From the NCBI GenBank assembly GCA_013115145.1, contig JAAPAO010000001.1, forward strand, positions 248,001-312,000: a DNA stretch of 64,000 nt, read 5' to 3'. The notes under the pieces were generated by a model. It was not told where the DNA came from. It did no database searches and was given only the letters and a program-made list of their open reading frames with translations. How positions within the stretch are numbered: the stretch's first letter is position 1; each line of letters begins with the position of its first letter. Positions 36,436 to 48,842 of the stretch are shown here, one piece after another. The translations under genes were made by a program, and so were the position numbers. The stretch comes from Perkinsus chesapeaki ATCC PRA-425 (Eukaryota > Protista > Perkinsozoa).

Positions 36436-38742
36436 ATGACTGCCTCTCCGACGACCCTATTCAAATGCTGTCTCGGCCGGAAGTCCTGCTATCAGGACGC
36501 CATCAGTATGTGGGCCAACCAGTCCTTCTCCTCTCTCCTTGGTAACACAGCAGCAGCAGCCGATCCCTCACGAGAGGCTACTCCCGAGGATCAAGATACT
36601 CCTCGGCACGAGGATGACATATCTATCATGGAGGTAGGTTGGCGTCTCTAGCTCCTCTACTCCACCATCAGGCACTATGGACCCTTCATCGTTCCCCAGA
36701 TGCGGCGTCGATAAATAACCTGCTCGATGTTCTGCAGGATGCCCCATCTGCCGTCATCGATCGTTGGCTCTTGCAGATCTTCTGTGCTTTGGTCAACGCT
36801 GCAGGTGACTTTAAAGATGCCCTCCGCCGCCTGTGCGGTGTGTCGCCTTATATATCCCTCACTCTCTTGGGCCTCGCCCAGGTAGCCGCTCAAGATGGGC
36901 ATGCCGCCGATCTCGCTGAGGTTTGGGTCAACGAAGACGACACTGAGGACCCATCTGTGACCTGCATGGACCTTGTGCGGCAGTTGGGCGACATTTCGAC
37001 TCACGTGGCGACTCTGCCATTTGCCCAGCGGAAAGAGGTGCTTGAGTGGCGGTTGAGGAAGGTGAAGCTGTCGAAGGGCTTTTGGCTACTCTTCGATACC
37101 TGGCAGGACATATCCGAGCTCGACCTGCCACGTTCTTTTCTTCTGAGTGAGTGGAGCAGCTCCGCCCCTTTTCACGTCTGCGTTCGGCTTCAAGATGATG
37201 AGCAGTCTGTTCCAGAGGGCCAAGCCGAGATCAACGGTGTTCCTACGGTGGGCAGCCTCGCTGGACGTTCCGGTGGTGGCGTTCTATATCCGAGGTCAAT
37301 CCTATGCCTTGCTCCAAAACGGTCTCGAAAGTCAGCTTCTACGGGAAGTCGAGGATCATCATCATCACCGAGCAAACAACCCCCACGGAGGAGCACTTCA
37401 GCAAGGCCTTCAGCTGCAGCCATCGTTTTGTCGGAGGCATCGTGTGCCCTCCCGAGTGGGCGTCGTCTGATCTCTGTCGTGGCTAAGGCTGGCTCGGCCC
37501 ACATACTGCAAGAGCGGCTGGCACTGTCCATGATAGCGTGGGCGCGAGCAAGATGGATGGAGTGTCCTCGGGGCAGCCTTGAGCGATCCCTTGGTGAAGC
37601 CGTCAAGCTTTATCGGGTGTTTAGCACGACTAGTGGGGGCGTTGTCGAAGCGATACCTAATGCGGTTAGTCTAGATGCCCTTAAGAAGGCCTATGACGGT
37701 GAACAATGGGGATCCCTGCGAGCCCACTTTGAAGATAGATGGCCCGGCGGCGGCAGCAAGAAGGGTGGTGCCGATACTGCCTTGGACATGTTTTGTCGGT
37801 CTATGGCAGCATACTCTGCCATATGCTATGTACTGGGGGTTAGGGATCGCCACAATGCCAATATATTGCTGTGTGATAATGGTAAGTTCATGGTCGACTA
37901 GAATTAAGAGTGTTGCAGTTGGATCGATTCGTACCGCTGGAGTATAATAGTATCTCAGTCAGCTTCCCAATCGTACTTGGCTCGCCATGGCATCCTTTTG
38001 ATGACTGTGTTGTTCATCTAACGGCGTCCCATTTACCTATCAATGATGCTCGACACTCGTCTAAGTACATTGAATCCTCATAAACAGATCACGACCTTAT
38101 ACGTTCATCATCATGAAGTATATCATAACACTAGCCACCATTCAGCCTTCTTTCGTATATCTCTTAAGTAGCTCGAGCGTGGTGTCCTGACTCCACTCAT
38201 CTTCAGGTAGCATCTGCCATGTCGACTTTGGTTTTTTCCTCACCAACAGTCCCGGTAACGTGGCCTTCGAGCCATCTTTCAAACTTACAGAGGAGCTAGT
38301 CGAAGCGTTGGGAGGCGAGAGTAGTCGACGCTTTGGTGTGTTCCGGGAAATGGTCGTCCGTGGCTGCATTGTACTTCGACGAGAGATCGACACACTGAAG
38401 AGCATGATCGAGGTAAGGGCCACCACGTTACCCTATGCGCCGCATTACCCCTCTTAGCTACTTTTCCCCGCATCCGCGGATGGTTGGTGGCTGGGCCCGA
38501 AGCTGCCGTGCTTCGCGCAAGGCAAAGAGCAAACGCTCGTTCAGATGGACCAGCGGTTGAGGATAGAGTTGACCGAGAAGGCCTTCAGAGAGTACTTGCT
38601 AGAACTTATAGATCAGTCCGTTGCCAACTGGCGCTCGAGGTAAGCCATCTGATCATCGTCCTTCTCCTTCGCGACCTAATGTTGATGTTGTTGTTCTAGA
38701 TGGTACGATAAATACCAACGCTACTTCAGCGGTATACTGTAA
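36436..38742 (+). CDS. Type III phosphatidylinositol 4-kinase-like protein (PI3/4-kinase catalytic domain)
   Basis: Catalytic loop CYVLGVRDRHNANILL. After splicing (GTAAG near 37882 to CAG near 38207) it reads DNGSICHVDFGFFLTNSPG...FKLT, and the C-terminus is WYDKYQRYFSGIL*. Confidence 0.88.
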
Positions 38743-39056
38743 TATAACAGTGCAACCATGTTAATGATACTGCTGCTGAAGAATTGATGTTATCCTATTT
38801 GTTGTTGTCGTGTTGAAGTTCCACAACAGCAGTCAGGCAGTTTACTTATTGGCCTACCAAAAGGCCGCTGCTCGCCTGCTTACTAATGCTGCTGTACTCG
38901 GGATTCTCTCACGCCTTCGCTTACTGCGCCGCTGCGAGTTACATATAGTCAGCAGTATGCCCACAGCCCGCGATAATATGTCCTTAGAATGCCGGTCAAT
39001 GACATTGTCTTACTCGACCAGTCGGCTCATCAGGCTATCCCTTATTACTCCACAGT

Positions 39057-41974
39057 ATGTCTAGCCCTCCCCAGCGACCCTCCTCGGCAGAGCCCATCTT
39101 CCCACCAGAGCCGCTAGTACCACGGCACGTCCTCGAATCCTTGCTGTGTGATAGGAGCAGTGCCCTGGTCAGCCGAGGTGAGACAGCAGTCCTACGTGTG
39201 CAGACTTGCGAGGCGTCCTCCATGTCAGTGCCATTGTCTGACGAGGCCCTTCGAAGGCTGTCCTTCGAGCTGGAAGCCCTCTCCACTAAGCTGGCCAGCG
39301 AGGCTTTATCGTGCTGTAAGGAGCGAGTCAGAGGGATGTGTCAGGAAGGAGAAGGAAGCAACAGTGATGTAAAACCTCTACATCAAGTACACGTACTGAA
39401 GCACGGTAGAGTATTCAGGCGATGATAGATGGGGGAGCTGCGGAGGAAGATGACCTCATGCGTGAGCTGGAGAAGGGGGATGATTCTTCACCGAATCAAA
39501 TGGTAGGCTGCGGCCTTCCCGAGTTGGCAGTGGTGTTACTCTTTAGCCAAAAAACGAGCATCGGTTAACTCTCGAAGACGTCGTGATGGCGGCCAAGTCT
39601 CTGAGCATGGTGTTGCCCAGCAGCGTACAAGAGCAATTGGCCCATGGATGAGGATATGATATCTGTATGGTGTCTCTACATGTGCTCAAGGGGATGGAAC
39701 GAGCGACTGAATGAGCAAACGGCGATCCTGTTACCATTTCAAGCGACGTACAATTTCTTTCTGCGGATTTTAGTTGCATTTGGTATCTTAGCCACCATAT
39801 CGATGCTTCTATCAAAATGATCGTTGGGACAGTACCAAGTTTCATGCTTTTTCCTTTTCCTTCGACTGTTTTTTATTCGACCACATTGCAGTAGTCGACC
39901 ACGATGCCCGTTCCTGTTTCACAACGTAAAGTTAACTCCATACGAGAAGACCTCCTATGCAAGGTGACTTGAGTGCCACTACGTCGGATAAGGCTACTGT
40001 GATGACAGGATCGGGACCGAGAGGCCGAGGCCATGGCCCAGCTCTACGACATACCACCCACCACAGGATACGACAACGTATGGGACTTGATCGATGAGGT
40101 TTACTCCGACCATCTGGTGAAGGTGCGCTGGTGCCGGCAACTGAGAGTGCGATGCCTACCTGCCTACCCGTTAGGGTCCCCTACGGAGCGGCATAAAGGA
40201 GATTAGAAACACATGGCGGAAGGTCGGTTTTAAAAGTAACAGGCAGCGGAAACCTTCAAGGCGGCGAGGGCAGGGATCAAAGGAGGACAGCAACAGCACC
40301 ACTACCAGTGGCAGCGCACTCGGCCATGGAAGCTCCAAACCCTCCACGACGAGCACCAAGCGGAAGCGAGAATCTAAAGTGAAGGACCCTCAGGTGACCG
40401 TTCTTCCTTGCCATTCCGGGCTCGAAGTCCTCTCCCAGGAATTGCCTCTTGATGCCGCGGAATCACAGTCTGGTCTACATGCGAAGAACGTTGCCCTGTG
40501 GTGGTGCGATGGTTGCGGTTGGAACTCTGAGAAATCCTCTGATTCTCTAGAATGTGGATCATGCAAGGTGCAGGTACATAAACAATGTGCCGGTATCAAC
40601 TGGGGTGAGCTCGTTAGTCCACCACGGTTTGATGCTTTATTTCCCTTTAGGTACGGAAGGCCTCTGTCAACTGTGTGCGTCCGTGGCCAAGACGGAAGGG
40701 GCATCTCTGGACGATATGAAAAACTTCGGATTGGAGCTCGTCTCGGAGCGCAGCCCTTGCAAGATATGCAATCAGAAGTAGGCGAACTCCGAGTGGGCTG
40801 ATGAAGATGATGACGACTTTGTTTCAGTTTCCTCGATTGCGCAAGCGACTCTGGTGATGTTGTTCGAATCGGCCTGTATATGGTGGCTGCAGGTTGCCAT
40901 TGGGCGCATGCTTTATGCATTAAATACTCCTCTCAAGAGCCCTCCTCGACATGCCAATTTAAAGACCTTTGTGGCGGCTTAGCCGGAGCATCAGTATGCT
41001 GTAAAGCTCCTCACTGCCAGATTGCTGCTCACGCCCTCTGCGCTGCCTTTCGGTTTCGGGTAACTCCCAGCGAGCCGAAGTTCACTTGTGACTCCCACCT
41101 TGCCGTTGGATCACCAAAGGCATCGTCGCTCGAGGAGAGTGAAGCCTCTCCTGATTCGAGCAACTCACGGTACCACCGCAACAAGATCCAATTGATGGAG
41201 TCGCCGATCGCCAGTAGAAGGCGCCGACGGCGGCCCGACTATGAGATCCCCAAACCTGCGGAGCCACCGAGGGTGCCGCTGTTCGAACCGGAAACCCGCC
41301 GAGAGGCAAGCTCGCCGTCACCGCCGCCCGGAGGGACGGCTGCTGCTGGCAACGAGCCAACACGAAAGAGTTTTCGAGGAAACAACATTGCGGATAAGAT
41401 CGCCGCAGCCCTTCAGGATCCCGAAGACGCGCCGGAGGAGCAAACTCGATTGATGCAGGAAGCACGAGTTATAGAACAGAAGCTTCACGAGAGGGAACGG
41501 AAAGGAGGATACCTCAGCCTGGCCCGCCAGTTCATGAAGTTCCTGGCAAAACGTGATTCAGTGCCACGGATACAACTGAGAAGGTATGAAGTGGATGGCG
41601 CGTATGTCGGGATGTTGGAGCCTTGGCAATTGCAGAATGAAGAATCTTTGAAGGAGCGTGAACGGTTGGATGCCAAAAACAGAAGGATGGTTACTCTCGG
41701 GGATATCAACCGAGATGTGGATGACGACATCCCTTCACATGACGTGGAGGCCACTACCGCCCCAACGGAAGGCCTTGCGATCGGACTCAACGGTTTGCCG
41801 GTAATGCCAGATCCAACGCCCTCTGAGCGAGTGCCGCCCGGAGAAGGTGCAATGAAGAACGACATACCGTCGCCTGACTATGTTGATCTGATGGAATCAG
41901 AATCGGAATATGATGGTGAAAGCTCCGATTCTGAAGCGACCAAGAATCGTCGACGTGCATGGTGGGAGACTTGA
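39057..41974 (+). CDS. PHD finger + extended PHD (PZP-like) chromatin protein, full-length copy
   Basis: CDGC...CGSCKVQVHKQC...CQLC (PHD) followed by CKICN...WAHALC...CKAPHCQIAAHALC (ePHD). Upstream exons start at 39057. Confidence 0.72.
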
Positions 41975-44052
41975 TTGTTCCGATTTACCTCCGTGCACTC
42001 CAGCGACTGTTACCATTACTTTACGTTGTTGACTTGACTTAGTAAGATCTACATAGCATTAGTTATCATCCCAATACGATTGACTTCACTATTATCTAAA
42101 TAGATAATTTGTTTCGTTGTGATTAACAATTAAAAGCGAATCAGAACTCATCCAATACAGTCATACTAACAACTCAAAACCGGTTAAAGTAAAGATCTCA
42201 AAAAACGACACGTCCTTACGGCTATTTCATGAGTTATATGAAAACACTCACAAGAATTTAGTTCATTGGTATGTTAGAAGAACATTCATTTAATCCATTA
42301 CAGTGGTGGAGTTACTAGAGTTGATCGTCAATCTTCTCACCGTTCTCAAGAGCTTGCTCCAACTTCACCAATTTGGCGCATCCCTCAACCATAATATTGA
42401 CCAACTGAACTTCGCTCTTACCAATCCTATCCTCGTTGGAGATATCGTAGATACCACCAACAGAGGCAGAGTCGACACCAGAACCACCACGAGCTTGAAG
42501 ACCAAGCTTCTTGCAAATAGCCTTGAAGTCTGGTCTAGCAGAGAGTAGTGGAACCTTCATCATAGCTGAAGCACGGAGGCCAGTTCCCAAGTTACTCGGG
42601 CATGTGAGGATGAACCCGAGGTGGTCGTTGTGCATGAAGTCGTAGCCCTCGCTCTTCAAAACATCTTGTACACCATTGACGGCGATGCAGAATCGCTTGA
42701 AAATTCTCTTAATATCAGCACCCTTCTCCATGGAGATAATTCTCATGTGATCTTCCTCATTGACCCAGACGAGGAAATTCTTTTCGTCATTGTGGAAGAT
42801 GCCGCGAGCATCAGGCCAGTGGCGACCCATTCCGCTGGATAAAAGTAGAGTGGAATCAGGTTCTTGGAAAAGGAAGTGATTCTCTCTCATGTCTTCTTCC
42901 TGATCTTTCGACATTCCACCGGGCTTCGGCTCGTAACTCTGCGATCCATGAAGAGGGTAGTAGTCACCCTTGAGCTCCTCCTTAAGATTGAGGAGACCCT
43001 TTACAATAATGCGCTCGAGCTCACGCCTCTCGTCGAAGGTAACACTCGGGGGCAAACGAATGCCACGAACCGAGCGACCAGTGCGGACACGAGTGGAGAT
43101 GACGTACCTGGAGATAGGTCAGATCCGACGAACTGCAGAGATCATCCAAAGCCAGACGGTCGCCTTACTTTCCGGTGGGATCGATGGGGGTGTCGGAGAC
43201 CTTGGAGAAGTCAAGGTCGGTGGTATGCTTCGCGTCAGCAGGAAAACCGCCATGGCGACTATCAATTACAGGATCGAAACTGAAAAGGGAAGACATGCAA
43301 CCTCAAACGTCATATGAAACCTACAGATCCTTGAAAACTTCGTAGCTCTCTTCATCTCCAGCAACAAGGCCAACGGTCTTGATGGAAGGGTGCCCGGGGT
43401 TGTCAACGCCGGTCTTGAGGCATTTTCCAAGGTTAACACCTGAGAAGAGCGTTCATCTGGCACAGAGACACGACTGGTTACCATTCTTTGTAGTCTTCCC
43501 CTTCAGCTTCTCGTAGATTTCTGGTTTTTCGCACATCAGTTCTGCCATATAGCTGCTGTGTTTGGACAAATCAGGCAACTTCTCCGGGAGCTGAAGGGAC
43601 AGAATGGAACGTGATAATAATTCTCCAAGCACAGTGGAGCTATGGAACGTTAAAGGCGCAGTGGTGAGTCAATCAGTGATTGGTGAGAAGTCTTACGTTG
43701 TCGGGGTCGAAAGTTGCCTTCTTCTCCTCGCACATATACTCCTTGTCACCGAGGCCCAACTTGATCCACTCGGGGAGATGTTCAACGGTGGGGGCCAGTC
43801 CAGTAGGAGGGTAAGAAGCCATTGTCTGTAAGGGGAGAGAGGGTGCGAATAAAAACGCTGAGAAAGATAGTCGAGCACCCGGAATGACATGCCTAATCAT
43901 GAAACATACCATATGAAACGAATTCACCAAGAGCTGGCCGCCCTAAGAGCAACTAAGAAGTGTAGGAGAGATCGGATAAGAAAGAGACGATAAGTAGGGG
44001 CAATCTCGGTTGAGACGAGACTGCTACTTCGATTCTAATCGATTTGGGACGC
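40066..44052. repeat. Segmental duplication, copy 1 (~4 kb: PHD 3' part + phosphagen kinase)
   Basis: Near-identical direct copy at 50556-54527 (offset about 10,490). Confidence 0.95.
42315..43822 (-). CDS. Creatine-kinase-type phosphagen (ATP:guanido) kinase, copy 1
   Basis: Spliced translation [10 protein letters not shown]...[24 protein letters not shown]...STRVRTGRS...WPDARG...[10 protein letters not shown]...[11 protein letters not shown]...RGGSGVDS. Confidence 0.93.
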
Positions 44053-45540
44053 GCTTGAATCACCATTGAATCGATCGTCTCCAGCGGGAAGCCTTATGCT
44101 ACCCGCTACAGTGTCTTTGCCCTCGCGAACCGATCCTCAATAAACACAACAGCAAGACGAGTGCACGGGTAATCATCTGGTCCCAGCGGATCAAGCCGTG
44201 ATGGACAGATGCCGCTAAACATTTCAATGTTTCAGCGGCACAAGATAGACATCGATATATATAGGCATACATTAGACCAGCAAACCGAGTACCGAGTCGG
44301 TACTGGCATAGGCCATGAAATGTGCAACTCCTGAGGAGTGGTATCTCTCAGACAAGTGCAACGCTTGGAAGGTTCGACTTTTTTAACACATCATCCGAGC
44401 TCTCTCAATCCTGGCTTCACCGACCATATTGCCGCCTCTGCCTCGAGTATTAGTACTGGCGCAGCCGAGGATATTGACGGAAGACCGGTAGCCAGTGCTA
44501 CGCAGCGTCGAGCAAGAAATTTCAACGGAAACTTTCTGTTGAAAGGCTTTCTGTCAGAAAGCCTGGCCAAAGGCGCATAGATACGAAGTAGTGAGGTCTG
44601 TAGCCGGTCACGTGCCCTTCACCGAAAGCACCGATGGAATGTTGAGTCCTGTAAGATACACGAACAGACATTAAAGACCGGTATTCGGACTTGTCAACCA
44701 ACCGCAGGTCTGAAACAACCCCAAGCAAGGCGACAGCAAACGCCGAGTTCCAGATCAGCGACAAGAATACCGGCATCCAATAGCGTCTCATGGGGTAAAC
44801 CAACCAGGCCATAAATACGACCACACACTGATCACCGAAACCCTAGGCGGCATACATGGATCAGTAGACGAGTCGAGAGACCACAGCAAGTTTCAAAAGC
44901 CCTCAACAAGCACGAAGCTAATATCAAACACCGTAGCATCAACCCTTCTCGACCCAGCACAGCTCCTGGCAGAAAAAAGACCCCAACACCTCCTACACCT
45001 TAGTCTTTGTACTAAGATATGTCCACTTGTAGAGCAACTAGCTGCAGGAAAATGGATGAAGACATGGAAAGAATAAATGGTGTAAAAAAGAAAGGGAGGA
45101 AAAAATCGTGTGTTTTTACCACAAACTTGAGCCAGCATGGCAACAATCTACGCTCCGACAACAATCATCTTGCCGTCACTACTACAAATGCACAATCTAC
45201 CCGACTTCTGCTCGAACTGTACCTCCAAGCACTTCGTGCTTTCCGAAACGTGTCTAACGAAGACGACAAGTTTGCCAGAATGAACGGGCGCGTGATAGGC
45301 TTTGTTGCAAGGCTCGGCACGGTACTCTGAACAAGTAGTAGATCAGTCCGGAATGCTTGTGGCCGAGATGATGGATATTCCATTGTCTTGCTTCGCTACT
45401 TTGACATTACACAAGCAAAAATGATGATGATGATGAGAGCCTCATAATGGGACTGTAATGTGAATGTTCAGAGTGTTAGCAGCTGGCTCTTTTTCGGTTG
45501 TGGGCTCCTGTAGTATTTAGCGATTGAGCGATATTTAGCG

Positions 45541-45703
45541 AACCCTCGGGGATGTCAACCAAGATGTCCTCTGAGCGAGTGCCACCCGGAGAAGGCGCAA
45601 TGAAGAAACTGCGTCCGTCGCCTGACTGTATTGATCTGATGGAATCAGAATCGGACTATGATGGTGAAAGCTCCGATTCTGAAGCGACCAAGAATCGTCG
45701 ACG
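45541..45703 (+). pseudogene. Third, internally deleted fragment of the PHD gene 3' end
   Basis: Aligns to about 41695-41718 and 41820-41955, with the 101 bp between them (41719-41819) missing, which causes a frameshift. Confidence 0.8.
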
Positions 45704-46389
45704 ACGTCGCCGACTGCGTCGCAGAACACAAAATTCAGCGGCAGAGCAATGGCGCAGTAACTTACTCGGGCTAAGGCTACGGCGCTCACAATCATAGCAA
45801 CGCTACTGTGGCGTCACGGAGCTCCATAATGCACTATTTGTTGATTCACTCCTACGAAAATTAGGAGCGCGGGAGCGCGGCGCAATAATCGATAAAAATT
45901 CAGGATGTCAAAGACGCTAATCGCAAATCGTGGCTCTGTGAGAATATAAACAGTGATCGTACACGCCAGGTACACGCCTGCGAGTGCCATAAATGTGATT
46001 GTATCTTCGATTATGAGGGATTCTGAATGCCGCATTCATCTGCACGCAAGAGCGACTCCGAGCCGGGTTCAGCCGCTTGTGGGTCAAATTTTCACTTTCG
46101 GAAGAGAAAGTCTCGGCTAGCCACCGACTCTGTTTAACAGATGGAGAGACGCGAGGTCATTGGCGGTCCTCGCAAGCGTCGAAGACTGGATACATCGGCC
46201 CCGCGATCTAGAGATGTTCAACAAACTGGAGGAAAGTTGTAGACAGAACCGGTTCCATGTTCACGGCCCTATCGCGGTTCAACTGTGTTCTGCGCGGACG
46301 TGCGGGTTGTGTTGCCTTGCCTATATAATTCGTCCTTGCCACCTTGCGGCAAGGTCCTTGCCAGACATTTACCGCTTCCTACTCGGAGC

Positions 46390-48842
46390 ATGTTCACTAC
46401 TCTCCTACTTGGCCTCCTCCACTGGTCAGAAGCCGTCCACAATCTCACGGATTTCCTTAGCGCGTGAGGAGGGATATGCTGCAGGCAACATCACGGCCGC
46501 CAACCTCCACAACGACGCTGAATAAATTCGATGATATGATAATGATTCCATTCTGTCGCTCAGGCATCCCTAACCAGGGGGCCGTAGCCTCTCGCAGTTG
46601 GGTCGCTGGCAACAGCTGTCCTTTACACAGCTAAAAGACCACTCACAAGGTAAATTCGTGCGGGCTAATAAGGAATGTGCTAGTCTAGCCCTGCTAAGTA
46701 CGGGATAGACACAAGCGCCATTCAAAGAACGCTTTCAATTTCTAGGTCCGAAAGCTGGCACCTTTTCACAGCAGTATCTGAATGACTCTAGCTCTTTCGA
46801 TCCGAGAAAACGAGTAAGTCTCGCTTTATGAATCATGTAGAGTGTTCTCAGCTACGTCTTCTTGTGTGATCGTCGTGCTCCCAATAAACTCCTCGCAATA
46901 AGGACATTCAGAATTCTAGAACTTTATCAGGTATTCTTCTTGGCCATAAGCGATGTGGGTCTCCCACATGTACTTGCTGGTACCGTGCTTGACATGGAAG
47001 GGGTGGCGCGGCGAGCTGGAGCGGCCATGTTCGTACTGGAAAGGAGGCGAGGACAACTCGAACGCCTATCTTGCTCTTCTAAAATCTGAAACTTAGGTAC
47101 GCTGGTACTAGCTTTCCCACACAAGAATACTCTACCGAAACGCTCGAGAAGTTCTTTTCGATGGAGCAGTTTGTCGCTGATGTCGCAGCCTTCGCGAGGC
47201 ACTTACAGGCTAACATGCCTGGAGTGAAGATAGTCCTATTTGGATGCAGCAATGCCGGGGTACGAATCTCGCACTACTCGGTCAAAGCCAAACCGAACGT
47301 TTCAGCTTATCGCCGCCCTGGCCCGAAAGGAACACCGGGACATCTTCATTGGAGCTGTCACGTCCTCAACTGCATTCAAGTTTAAACTGGCAAACGATGA
47401 GTCGGTCATCCGGGAAGTTTGAGTGGTTTGGAATCGGTTACATCACCGGCTATCTGTATAGAGTACATCTGGGCTTCATTTAGCCTGGGCAAAACTTATA
47501 TAGCTACGACGGCGTGCAAATCGAAATTCTGAGCTCAGAATTACACGTTCTTTATGGCTGTGATATACCGAGTCTTCTCAGGTTCTACTCCTTCGTATCC
47601 CAGGAGTTGTCTAACCCGAGCCTCGGAGGTAGTCCACAATGTCTGGCTACGGTGAGTCATAAGAACCATCGCCCTTGGGCAGTTCAACTGCCGTAGTTGT
47701 AATCTCTCGTAGCTTACCAATGCACACATGGATTTTGTCAAGTCCATGGAGACAGCTGAAGGACGCCGAGAGGTCGAGAAAAAACTTGAAATTTGTGATG
47801 GGATCCTCGACGTTGTGAACAATCAGATATACACGTAAATATTAGTACTATTTCAATTCTCATTTATATCATTGAACGTGTTAGCACGATTGAGGCCAAC
47901 TTACTGGGGGTGGATCTACAGTATAATGATCCTAGGACAAATGTGGATTATCGCAACATAAAGAAGATATGTGGTAGACTCACGGAAGGAAGGTGAGGTC
48001 AAATTTCAGCTTCTGATATCGTCCTTCTTATTCAGTGATGCTGCGCTCGACAAGCTGGCTGACATCTACAATACAAATCAACCGCTGCCGCCTCTCCATT
48101 GTCGAGGGATAACGGCGAGTGACGTAATTGATTTGTAATTTAGTGGGTTAGTGGGTATACAGTTTCAACTTTAATGTGTTTTTCACGGAAAGCCCGATAT
48201 TTGCAGATTTAAGAATAGAATGGACAACAGCCCAGCAAGGTTAGGGTTCTTCGAAAAATGCAACACTGAAGGGTTCCTGGAGTGCAGCAGAGGAAGCTGT
48301 GCTTTCTATACAAGTAAAAGCTGGGTTGATTTCTGGCTCATGGCGTGTAAAGAAGGCTTCGGACTGTCCAAGGATGAGGTATGCTGTTGTGTACATTGTA
48401 CACTGTACAATAGATCACGTGATTACGAAGTGGCAAGATACTTAAGAACATCGCAGACTTTCAGCGGTACGTTAAGAAAGACTTGAATAAAACTAGAAAT
48501 ATATTATCCATTAATGGAGATGCCGATCCTTGGTATCCATCTTCGATCACTAAAGCAAGAAAGGGCCTCGATGTTATGTGGGTGAGATATCAGAAATATA
48601 ATAACCAACTCAAATGCCTCCGGTAGGTGAAAGGCGCGTCACATTGCTACTGGTGTACTCACTCCAACGAGTAAGTAGTGAGAGTTGCTTATGCACGGAA
48701 GCTTCTCCCTAGCGGTCAAGGTTCTGTAATTCTATTATTGACTTTGTGGAGTTCTTTTTTTGCTTACCGTAAAGTTATCCGGTTGTTTAATCAGGGACGT
48801 CGTAAACGGCATTCTCGAAGTTGTGGATAAGTGGCTTGCCTA
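46390..48842 (+). CDS. Peptidase S28 family serine carboxypeptidase (secreted; possibly disrupted)
   Basis: Signal peptide MFTTLLLGLLHWSEA; FTQLKDH; LERRYAG...SMEQFVADVA; nucleophile elbow FGCSNAG; INGDADPW (Asp); KGASHC (His). Two apparent frame problems are described in the findings. Confidence 0.8.

Noticed and set aside
45535-45795. 86-aa antisense ORF over the PHD fragment as an overlapping gene
   Set aside because: Substitutions versus the parent copies are synonymous in the sense (PHD) frame and non-synonymous in the antisense frame. The antisense frame is also open in the parent copies by composition.
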